A stretch of DNA of 64,000 nucleotides from an uncultured Verrucomicrobiae bacterium (lineage in GTDB: Bacteria > Chlamydiota > Chlamydiia > Chlamydiales > Rhabdochlamydiaceae), in assembly GCA_963806855.1 (NCBI GenBank), contig CAWDYW010000003.1, positions 224,001 through 288,000 on the forward strand. Reading direction: 5' to 3'. A model generated the notes under the pieces. The model was not told the origin of the DNA. It saw nothing but the letters and a program-made list of their open reading frames with translations, and made no database searches. The position numbers and the translations under genes are program-made. Within the stretch, counting starts at the first letter, position 1, and every line of letters begins with the position of its first letter. Shown piece after piece: positions 38,223-45,858 of the stretch.

Positions 38223-38486
38223 TTATTGAGTTTTTTGGTTACGTATTGAGTTATTGATCACCGACATCACCTGGCTGATGACGTTCGAGATCGACTCACC
38301 AATCTGAGTGACTTGGCTCATTTGGAATTGCAAGAGCAAGAACTTACCAGGGGTCGCTTGCGAAATGCGGCTTGCGACAGCGCGCACAGCAGAAACAACC
38401 TGGCTCTGCAACTTGATGTAGGCCTTAATCATTGTAGAAAACGTAATCGTTCCCGACCAAGGCGAGTGATAAGTAGGTCCACTCAT
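38223..38486 (-). CDS. sctF: T3SS needle subunit SctF/CdsF
   Basis: 87-aa helical hairpin, FLLLQFQMSQVTQIGESISNVI...IRNQK; lies between cdsE and cdsG. Confidence 0.72.
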   Translation of the reverse strand: MSGPTYHSPWSGTITFSTMIKAYIKLQSQVVSAVRAVASRISQATPGKFLLLQFQMSQVTQIGESISNVISQVMSVINNSIRNQKTQ

Positions 38487-38498
38487 GACAAATTCTCC

Positions 38499-38738
38499 TT
38501 ATTTTTTCTTCTCAATAACCCGTTTTAGAACTCTCTGCAGCGCTGCATAGGCATGTAATAGCACGCCATATTCATCGAAATCATCGGTTTCAGCACCTTG
38601 CCGCAGCATCGTCTTCAGCTTTCCCATCCGCTCATCGATTTCCTTGGCCAAAGCCTTTGCCTTAGCAGGATCTTTGTGCAGTTCTTCTTCTAAATCGAAC
38701 TGGAATGGCTCTTTGGGTTTTTTTTCCAAACCAAACAT
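38499..38738 (-). CDS. cdsE: Needle chaperone CdsE (CT665-like)
   Basis: MFGLEK...FQFDLEEEL...LRQG...GVLLHAYAALQRVL; synteny. Confidence 0.8.
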   Translation of the reverse strand: MFGLEKKPKEPFQFDLEEELHKDPAKAKALAKEIDERMGKLKTMLRQGAETDDFDEYGVLLHAYAALQRVLKRVIEKKK

Positions 38739-38799
38739 ATAAACTCCTGGGTTCCCCCGTACTGCATCATGCGCATCATCAATTTTTTGTACAACCTTT

Positions 38800-40533
38800 T
38801 TACTGCAGGTTGTAATCGATTCTGAATACCTGTCCTTCTTTTTCGAGCAAGACCATCTTGGGTTTAATCGCCGTAATCAGCATCCCTTCCAGCAGATCCC
38901 CTTTGCCCAAAATCTTCCCGTTGATCACCACGTAAAAGTCCATCTCATCCCGTTTCGAATACCCCGTCACCGTGAATTGACTCGACAAATCGGTGAGCGT
39001 ACTTTCGACACTTGTGATTACCACATAATTTTTCACTTCTCGAATGCCAGGCACCTTTTTAAAAGAGTCGACAAGAGCCATATAGTCTGAATCTTTATTC
39101 TTGCCCACCCGACCGGCCAAAACCAAATCGCCGTCGACCAGATCAAAAGTGACACCGGCAAGCCCCTTAGCAGCCAGCATGCTCGCAATCTCGCTTTGCA
39201 GATTTTTCTCCACCACCACCTGATTTTGGAGCCGATCCAAGTAGTTGAAGTTGAGATTGATATAGTCGCTCAAGGCCACCGCATTTTCCACAGTGTCGAC
39301 GTAGCCGCGCAGCACAAATTTCCCTGGCTCGGTCGCATACACAGTGACACCGGCCCATTGCGGATTGAGCGAGAGCATCGAATTCATGTTTTGCCAGACC
39401 AGCTCATCGACGATGATATTGTCATCCACTGACCGGATGAATGGGAGCTCTTTCAATGCAAACAGCAATTCTTGGTGGTTAACACCCGTGAGCACATGCC
39501 CCACTAGGAACAATTTGCCCGAAGGTTGATTATAGGTGAATTGCACAGCAGGGAACTGCGCGAGCGCCTGCTCGATCCGCACATTATCATCGGTCAGCTT
39601 GACCACGATCGGTTCCGACTTAAACAGCGAAATCATCGCGAACACACTGACAAAAAGGACCCCGGCTAGCACCCCTGCGACGATTAAATGCCGTTTGGGG
39701 ATCACCATCTCCTTCCAATCTTCTCTTTCTTTCCTAGCTGCACGTGATTCTGGTTCCCTTGAAGGCATCGACGGCATTACAGCAGCCGGAGCAAAAATCG
39801 TCTCCCGCGCCTCCATCCGATCGACGACCAAGAAAGTGGTCGTCCCCAGAGCGACGAGATCCTGCGAAGTGAGCAGCGTCTTTTCGCCGATCAGCTCCCC
39901 ATTGACGATCACCCCGTTGCGGCTTCCTAAATCCTCGATGAACGCGTTGTCCTCAGCATCGATCGATAGGCGGGCATGCTGCCTCGAAACGCTCAAATCT
40001 TGGAAGACAATGTCGCAAATATTGGGATCTTTCCCGATTAAATAAGTCGCAGAGCGATGCATCGCAAATTCGGCGCCCGCATTGGGTCCGGATATCACCT
40101 TCAAAAGCCATCTAGTCTCAGGATGGGGCCCGAAGTGTAGCTCTGAGGCCATTTCTGCTGGAGGACCAGCTGCCCGCGCCGGTTCTGGTTGCGCCATGGG
40201 AGCGGGTGGCATCTCTGGCTGCGGGGCAATTTCAGTAAAGTTGAAGAACGTCGAGCCGATTTGGATGATATCGCCCTCTTTTAGCAAAATTGGGTCGGCG
40301 ATCACCATCCCATTTTGCGTAGCGGGGTTGACCGTGCTCAAGTTCTCAAAAATAAATCCTTCGGGAGTCAGTCGGACAGTCGCATGGCGCCTTGAGACCA
40401 TCGGATCTTCCAGAAGCACATCAGAGGTATCTGGGTCTCTGCCGAGCGTCCAGACATTATCCCCGGCGCCTTCTTCGAAGACAATCGTCGTGCCCGCCAG
40501 TGGGCCTTCTTCAGCAATTAGATATCCGTTCAT
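38800..40533 (-). CDS. sctD: T3SS inner-membrane ring protein SctD/CdsD with two FHA domains
   Basis: FHA motifs (LGRDP..DPMVSRRHA; IGKDP..DLSVSRQHA..DLGSRNG), one TM segment, BON-like periplasmic part. Confidence 0.9.
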   Translation of the reverse strand: MNGYLIAEEGPLAGTTIVFEEGAGDNVWTLGRDPDTSDVLLEDPMVSRRHATVRLTPEGFIFENLSTVNPATQNGMVIADPILLKEGDIIQIGSTFFNFTEIAPQPEMPPAPMAQPEPARAAGPPAEMASELHFGPHPETRWLLKVISGPNAGAEFAMHRSATYLIGKDPNICDIVFQDLSVSRQHARLSIDAEDNAFIEDLGSRNGVIVNGELIGEKTLLTSQDLVALGTTTFLVVDRMEARETIFAPAAVMPSMPSREPESRAARKEREDWKEMVIPKRHLIVAGVLAGVLFVSVFAMISLFKSEPIVVKLTDDNVRIEQALAQFPAVQFTYNQPSGKLFLVGHVLTGVNHQELLFALKELPFIRSVDDNIIVDELVWQNMNSMLSLNPQWAGVTVYATEPGKFVLRGYVDTVENAVALSDYINLNFNYLDRLQNQVVVEKNLQSEIASMLAAKGLAGVTFDLVDGDLVLAGRVGKNKDSDYMALVDSFKKVPGIREVKNYVVITSVESTLTDLSSQFTVTGYSKRDEMDFYVVINGKILGKGDLLEGMLITAIKPKMVLLEKEGQVFRIDYNLQ

Positions 40534-40937
40534 AATATTCTGTCTTCCGCTTGTTTCACGTGGCGGTCAATTTCCTCTCTCCAATATTCGACAATATTGG
40601 CAAAATCCTCCAAAGCCCCCCTAAAGGACCTGTAATCCATGTCATAAGGCAAACCCCGAGAGAGTGTCAAGAGGTTATCGCCAGAACTTAAGCCAATCGT
40701 CGATCCCATCGTCCCTTGGCCAAACAGATTTGCCTTCATTAATTGGATAAAGAGCTCCTCCTTTTTGACAGTAGGGCAAGGGCGTAGTGGAGCATAAAAG
40801 TAAATCCCTGGATCTAAAGGTTTTACCTCGATATTCATCGAGGGGAGGGGAAGAAAATAACGCCCATTCTCAGTCTTGAGATTAGGGTCAAGATTTAGCT
40901 CCTCGCACAGTTCCTTTAGATAGTCCATATAACTCAT
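40530..40937 (-). CDS. scc4: CesT-family T3SS chaperone Scc4 (CT663-like)
   Basis: LMKANLFGQGTMGSTIGL...F..ALEDFANIVEYWR; first gene of the cds operon. Confidence 0.8.
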   Translation of the reverse strand: MSYMDYLKELCEELNLDPNLKTENGRYFLPLPSMNIEVKPLDPGIYFYAPLRPCPTVKKEELFIQLMKANLFGQGTMGSTIGLSSGDNLLTLSRGLPYDMDYRSFRGALEDFANIVEYWREEIDRHVKQAEDRIL

Positions 40938-41060
40938 TCAATACCTGGGTGCTACGTAAAATTAAAGCCCGAAACGAATTTAATTGCAATCCTAATCGTC
41001 AACAGCCTCACTATTAGCTTCTTAAAAAGGGGGTTAAAATTTAAATAATAATTTGATATA

Positions 41061-41531
41061 ATGAGGATTATGATAAAGAAAGAGTATGAGCGGCTGCTAG
41101 GGACCCTTGAGCAAAGCTCTGGTAAACAAGGAGTTATTCTAGAAGAAATCCTCCGGGAAGCTGTGGTCTTCTTTGAGGCCCTCCGCAAAGAGTTCCCTTC
41201 CGCTTCTAAAGAAGAAAAGGAAGAGATGATCCAAATGATGACCCACCTCCACTCGAGGATTCAGGAAATCTCCCAGATAACTGCCAAAGCTTCAGGGATG
41301 ACCGAAGAGGAGCTCGCCAGCTTCGCTGAGAACCCCAGCAATTTTAGCCCAGAGCAGTGGCAGCTCATCCAAAAGTCAAGGAGAGAACTCTACGATACAG
41401 CTCGCAAGTTCTCCGCCTCCGTAGAGGATGAGAAAATCGCTCAACATCCTGAGAATAAAGAAGTTCCAAAAGAAAAATCAACTCGTCCATCTACGCGCCG
41501 AACCCGTCGCCAAGACTGGACAAAATCCTAA
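41061..41531 (+). CDS. Hypothetical helical protein divergent from the cds operon
   Basis: 156-aa ORF, GMTEEELASFAENPSNFSPEQW, basic C-terminus. Confidence 0.65.
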   Translation: MRIMIKKEYERLLGTLEQSSGKQGVILEEILREAVVFFEALRKEFPSASKEEKEEMIQMMTHLHSRIQEISQITAKASGMTEEELASFAENPSNFSPEQWQLIQKSRRELYDTARKFSASVEDEKIAQHPENKEVPKEKSTRPSTRRTRRQDWTKS

Positions 41532-41587
41532 AATTTGTTGCCAAGCGGACGCCTTCGAAAACCGATTCTTCAGGTTGTTTCAGTATA
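41530..41587. repeat. Truncated 3' part of the palindromic element found at 48563-48726
   Basis: aaaatttgttgccaagc...gattcttcaggttgtttcagtata is nearly identical to 48669-48726. Confidence 0.8.
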
Positions 41588-41636
41588 AGTAGACCAAATT
41601 CAAATAACATCCTTGCATTGGATAAAAAAACGATTG

Positions 41637-41697
41637 GAACGATATAATGATAGGAACGATAACGATTTTTTTTATCGTTCCTATCATTATATCGTTC
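41637..41697. repeat. Hairpin with 26-bp perfect arms
   Basis: gaacgatataatgataggaacgataa / ttatcgttcctatcattatatcgttc, 9-nt loop. Confidence 0.85.
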
Positions 41698-41742
41698 ACA
41701 TCATATGCCCTGCTGTAACTTTCTGAAAATCAAAAAATTAGC

Positions 41743-41834
41743 ACCACAGAGAGCACAAAGGGCGCAGAGAAAAAATGGCCTTCTATAGGATGTTTGGAAA
41801 ATTTTCCCTCTGTGCCCTTTGTGCTCTATGTGGT
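41743..41834. repeat. REP-like imperfect inverted repeat of the CACAGAG-periodic type
   Basis: accacagagagcacaaagggcgcagag ... ctctgtgccctttgtgctctatgtggt. Confidence 0.75.
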
Positions 41835-42002
41835 TATAAATACTTTATATTCAACTCATTAAGTATAAATTCTAACTACCCAGCATTGGCGCGGTCCAAA
41901 TCCACGATTTTTAACAGCTCGGGGGGTATAGTTCAAATCCCCCTCATTGTTAGTTATTTGCATTGCCATATTAAGAAAAGTTAATAAAGATTAAACAAAA
42001 AT

Positions 42003-42031
42003 TTGACAAATAATTAATTTTGTATTAAAAT
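42003..42031 (+). promoter_or_regulatory. sigma66 promoter of the translocon-like operon
   Basis: TTGACA-17-TAAAAT in an AT-rich region upstream of ATG 42076. Confidence 0.7.
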
Positions 42032-42075
42032 TACGTATAAGGAAAGATATAAATAATAAACAAAAGGAAATAAAA

Positions 42076-42897
42076 ATGAGCATAGCTCCTCCAATTAAAA
42101 CAACCCAAGCTACAATACCACTAAGCATAGCTCCTCCAATTCCAACAAACCAAGTTCCAACAGAGACATATTCCCCTATAGACCCGCAATTTCAGGCGGA
42201 TCTGGAGGCTTGGGCAGAGGCAATGGCAGAGGTGCAGCAAGAATATGCACAAATTAAACAACTCGCTGCGCATCTTAAATCTCACTCAACTGATATGTAT
42301 CAGATTATTGTGATCATGGATGTCATGCAGGATCCGTCGCAATCCAAGGTTAAAGGCCAGTCCGATCTTCTTAACGTTGATACCGACATGCGTAACCAAA
42401 TCAATTCGGGCCAGAGCGGATACAATACAGTTGCCAATAGTAACGCTACAGATGTTTCCAACAATGGCGCTCCTGCAGATGCAGTTAACGGCGCAAATGC
42501 GATGATTCAAGCAATGACTCAGCTACAGGCGGAACTTAAGATGTTGCTGGGTGATAAGGCTATCGACGAGCCCACCTTTAATAACTTACAAGGTGCGATT
42601 GATAGCATGGAATCACCCTTTGGTAATGGTAACTGGGGCAATGGAAATGATGTAGCTTCGGATATTATAACTTGGGTTGGCGCAGCGAGCGGTGGTACGA
42701 ATACGCCGGAGATAAAAACGGTCCAAGATGCTTTTCAAAATCAAATCCAGACGACATCGGCACTTTCGTCATCGACTAACACGCAGCTTCAATTCGTAAT
42801 GGAGGAAGCTAAGACGATTTTGGGAGCCTGGCAGACTTCAATGCAGGCTTACCTAAAGATGACTTCGGCGTTAGTACAGGATCAAAAATCAAGCTAA
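42076..42897 (+). CDS. Putative T3SS-secreted protein, candidate needle-tip (SctA-like)
   Basis: Pro/Thr/Ser-rich N-terminus, Q/N/A-rich helical body, C-terminal amphipathic helix; first gene of the operon. Confidence 0.5.
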   Translation: MSIAPPIKTTQATIPLSIAPPIPTNQVPTETYSPIDPQFQADLEAWAEAMAEVQQEYAQIKQLAAHLKSHSTDMYQIIVIMDVMQDPSQSKVKGQSDLLNVDTDMRNQINSGQSGYNTVANSNATDVSNNGAPADAVNGANAMIQAMTQLQAELKMLLGDKAIDEPTFNNLQGAIDSMESPFGNGNWGNGNDVASDIITWVGAASGGTNTPEIKTVQDAFQNQIQTTSALSSSTNTQLQFVMEEAKTILGAWQTSMQAYLKMTSALVQDQKSS

Positions 42898-42917
42898 TAA
42901 TAAAGGAGATAAAAAAG

Positions 42918-43400
42918 ATGGGAACACCAATAAAATTACAACCGGCAGATCTAAAACACCTAGAGGCTGGAGGAAGATCGAGCTTTCTATATGCGATGAT
43001 GAAAGCCATTTCGAATGACCAGAGCTCGATGCAAAATTCGCAGATTATCAGCTCTGTTACGACCGAGCTCGCCGCAAAAATACAAACAGCAATTTATGCT
43101 TATTATAATAACTCTTCGACCGTACCGGGCACATTAGCCTATGATGTCCAAAAGCTCCAAGATGCTGCTGCTCGGGGTGATACTAACTCGCCTGACGGGA
43201 CTGTATATTGGAATACAAAGTTTAACGAAGACTCCGCAACAGCGCAGGGGTGTGAGGGAGCGCAGCAAGGGGTCGTTGAGGACTGTCAGGCAGTGGTTCC
43301 AGCGATATCCCAAGAATTAGGAGTGATCGTGACGTCAGGTCAAGGGCTTATGAGCTACATGTCAGCAGGGTCTAATTATTTGGGAAATGTTGTTAATTAA
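42918..43400 (+). CDS. Hypothetical small protein, putative T3SS substrate
   Basis: 160-aa ORF with AGGAG ribosome-binding site, inside the operon. Confidence 0.6.
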   Translation: MGTPIKLQPADLKHLEAGGRSSFLYAMMKAISNDQSSMQNSQIISSVTTELAAKIQTAIYAYYNNSSTVPGTLAYDVQKLQDAAARGDTNSPDGTVYWNTKFNEDSATAQGCEGAQQGVVEDCQAVVPAISQELGVIVTSGQGLMSYMSAGSNYLGNVVN

Positions 43401-43425
43401 TAAATTAATAAAAAGGGGAAATAGT

Positions 43426-44817
43426 ATGGCATTACAAGACAATCTAGCAATTTCGCAGTCGCAATTCGCAGCAGAATCTTCTGCACTCAATTTGGTGTCT
43501 GAGAAGGATAAGAAAAAGCAGCGAGAAGAACTTGCCCATTTGGCATCTATCCTTGTAGCTCTTAAAGAAGCTCTCTCTGGAGCAAAATCGGGAGAGAGTG
43601 GCAAGGCTGCCGCAAAAGGAGAGGGGAAAATTGTCAATTTAGGTCCTCCAAGTGGCGGAAGTGCCACAGTTGGCAATGATAATGGACTTCGCTCTTTAGC
43701 AGATGCAATGGCTGAAATGGAAATGATCCTACAGTTGCTTCAAATGACAATTGTGCAAGAAGGGCAGAAAAAAGCGACTATTGATCAGAATATCGCACAG
43801 ATTCAAGTTCAGCTTTCGAAAGCTAACTTAGAAAAGACAGTTGAGCAGCTTCAAAAGATTGCAACGATGTCATTTTGGGAGAAGATTGCAGAGTGGTTTG
43901 TTGCAGCTGTTTCTGCGATTGCAGCTTTTGTGACACTGAACCCAGAGCTACTTGCAATTACTGTACTGTCAGTTCTTGCTGCTACTGGAGCACTCTCGGC
44001 ACTCACATCAGGCATTTCTTCGCTTTTACAAGATATGGGAGTCCCTAAAGATGACGCTAATATCGCAGCTTCAGTTTTTGTCGTTGTTCTCACAATTGTA
44101 TGTTCGTTTGGATTAGGTTCTATTTCAGCTCCGGAAGCTGTTGCTGAAAATGCAGGTGAGATCGAAATGGAGCAAATTACCGAAGAGGTTACCGAAGAGG
44201 TTGCTTCACAAGTTGGCCAGGCAGGAGCAGAGGGAGCAAACGGCTCAAGTTCAACTTTACAAAAAGCGCTTGGCTTCCTTAAGCAACTCAGCAGCCGTTT
44301 GAGCCCAGGTGTAAAAGCAGCGATTGTAGGCGGATTTCAATCGATTTCTTCGACAGGATTATTCACCAATATTGTAGAAGCAACAAAAACATCAGATCAA
44401 GAGAAACAAAATATCGAAGAGATCCTTGGGATAGTCGTAGCGGTTTTGGCAGTCATTGCGACGATCGGTGCTTCGCTTAGCACAGCTGGAAACGCAACGA
44501 GTAAAATCACAGAGAAACTGGTTAAAGAGGCAGGTTCGATCTTTAAGATACTGAGCTACAGTCAAGCGGCTGGAGGGCTAGCACAAGGATCCTTTAGTAT
44601 AGCGCAGGGAGTTTTTGAGAAATTTCTGGCTGATGCTAAAGCAGGCTTTGAATTGTTGCAGGCACAACAGAAGATGACTAGTGCTCAGACAGCAGATGAC
44701 CAAAAGACCATGTCAACCGTGCTTAAAAGCATAGGTGTTGACCCTAAGACGATTCGCGAGCTAGTGGCAGGAGACGCCGCAATTGCAAATTTGATAACTG
44801 AACACTCACCAGTTTAA
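43426..44817 (+). CDS. Major translocator SctE/CopB-like
   Basis: Coiled coil, then a bilobed hydrophobic hairpin (FWEKIAEWFVAAVSAIAAFVTLNPELLAITVLSVL), further TM segments and a C-terminal coiled coil, as in IpaB/CopB architecture. Confidence 0.68.
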   Translation: MALQDNLAISQSQFAAESSALNLVSEKDKKKQREELAHLASILVALKEALSGAKSGESGKAAAKGEGKIVNLGPPSGGSATVGNDNGLRSLADAMAEMEMILQLLQMTIVQEGQKKATIDQNIAQIQVQLSKANLEKTVEQLQKIATMSFWEKIAEWFVAAVSAIAAFVTLNPELLAITVLSVLAATGALSALTSGISSLLQDMGVPKDDANIAASVFVVVLTIVCSFGLGSISAPEAVAENAGEIEMEQITEEVTEEVASQVGQAGAEGANGSSSTLQKALGFLKQLSSRLSPGVKAAIVGGFQSISSTGLFTNIVEATKTSDQEKQNIEEILGIVVAVLAVIATIGASLSTAGNATSKITEKLVKEAGSIFKILSYSQAAGGLAQGSFSIAQGVFEKFLADAKAGFELLQAQQKMTSAQTADDQKTMSTVLKSIGVDPKTIRELVAGDAAIANLITEHSPV

Positions 44818-44852
44818 TAAAAAATAAAATAATAAAAAAAGAGGAAAAAATT

Positions 44853-45806
44853 ATGCCAACATCAGTAAATAATAATCAGGGGCAAGTTCAAGGCAACCAA
44901 AATGGTAGCGGAAATGGCTCCATAGGGTCGCAGATATCGGCAGGGTCTGCTGCTTTAGTATACCAGATGATCAACGAAATCATGGATCTGCAAACTCAAA
45001 TCATGAAGTATGACCAGGTACAAAAAGTGAACATGATCCAGGCCCAAAATCAAGCGGCTAATAGCCAGGCTGAAGCAACTGAAAACAGTGGTTTGACCCA
45101 GGCGATCATGTATGGAGTGATGGGCGCGGCTTCTATTGGAGGTGTAGTTGTAGGCCAAGTGGCTCAGTACAAGACCTTAAATACACCTGCTGGTCAAAAA
45201 GCAGAGCTAGACTTTAATACTGCAAACGAAAAGCTCAATGCCTTTAAGGAGCCACAAGCTGCATTATTAGAAGCAAATAAGCCAGTGGCCCCAAATAGAG
45301 GGAACCTGCCACCCGCAGTCGATGAACCGACGCAAGATCAGATCGATGCTCGTGTGCGTGAATTACGGGATGTTAAAGATTTTAAAGATCTTAAAAATAA
45401 TAAGACGGATGTAGCAGCACTTAAGAAGATGCAAAGTGATGCACCTGCAAATGCAGCTAACAAAGCCGCATTTGAAGCTAAAAATGTGCAACTTAATAGC
45501 GAGATTGAGGGCCCAAGAATGGAATACAATTCTGCCGTAACTGCAAGAGCTACTTTGCACACTACAGCAACTAATAACAAACAGGTGGTGGATACTATAG
45601 TTAATGGACTTAGTAGTGCTGCCCAAGCTGGGGGTAATGGAGTTAAAGCTGGATTTGATGCAACGAATTCAATGGCACAGACCGCAGGGCAAATGGCGGG
45701 ATCTTCTACTGGAGATATGGGCCAAGCAATGGGGAAAGCATTGGAAGCAGAGCTTGCTCAGGTTCAAATGTGGAAAAGTATGGTAGAGAGCGCCTCTAGA
45801 GTTTAA
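44853..45806 (+). CDS. Minor translocator SctB/CopD-like
   Basis: Q/N/A-rich with a single TM (AIMYGVMGAASIGGVVVG) and an amphipathic C-terminus; follows the CopB-like gene. Confidence 0.58.
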   Translation: MPTSVNNNQGQVQGNQNGSGNGSIGSQISAGSAALVYQMINEIMDLQTQIMKYDQVQKVNMIQAQNQAANSQAEATENSGLTQAIMYGVMGAASIGGVVVGQVAQYKTLNTPAGQKAELDFNTANEKLNAFKEPQAALLEANKPVAPNRGNLPPAVDEPTQDQIDARVRELRDVKDFKDLKNNKTDVAALKKMQSDAPANAANKAAFEAKNVQLNSEIEGPRMEYNSAVTARATLHTTATNNKQVVDTIVNGLSSAAQAGGNGVKAGFDATNSMAQTAGQMAGSSTGDMGQAMGKALEAELAQVQMWKSMVESASRV

Positions 45807-45817
45807 TCCTCCACATG

Positions 45818-45848
45818 CCGCCGAACAAAGGGTTCGGCGGTATTATTT
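45818..45848 (+). terminator. Putative intrinsic terminator or processing hairpin
   Basis: ccgccgaac-aaagg-gttcggcgg followed by tattattt. Confidence 0.55.
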
Positions 45849-45858
45849 AATAAAAAAG

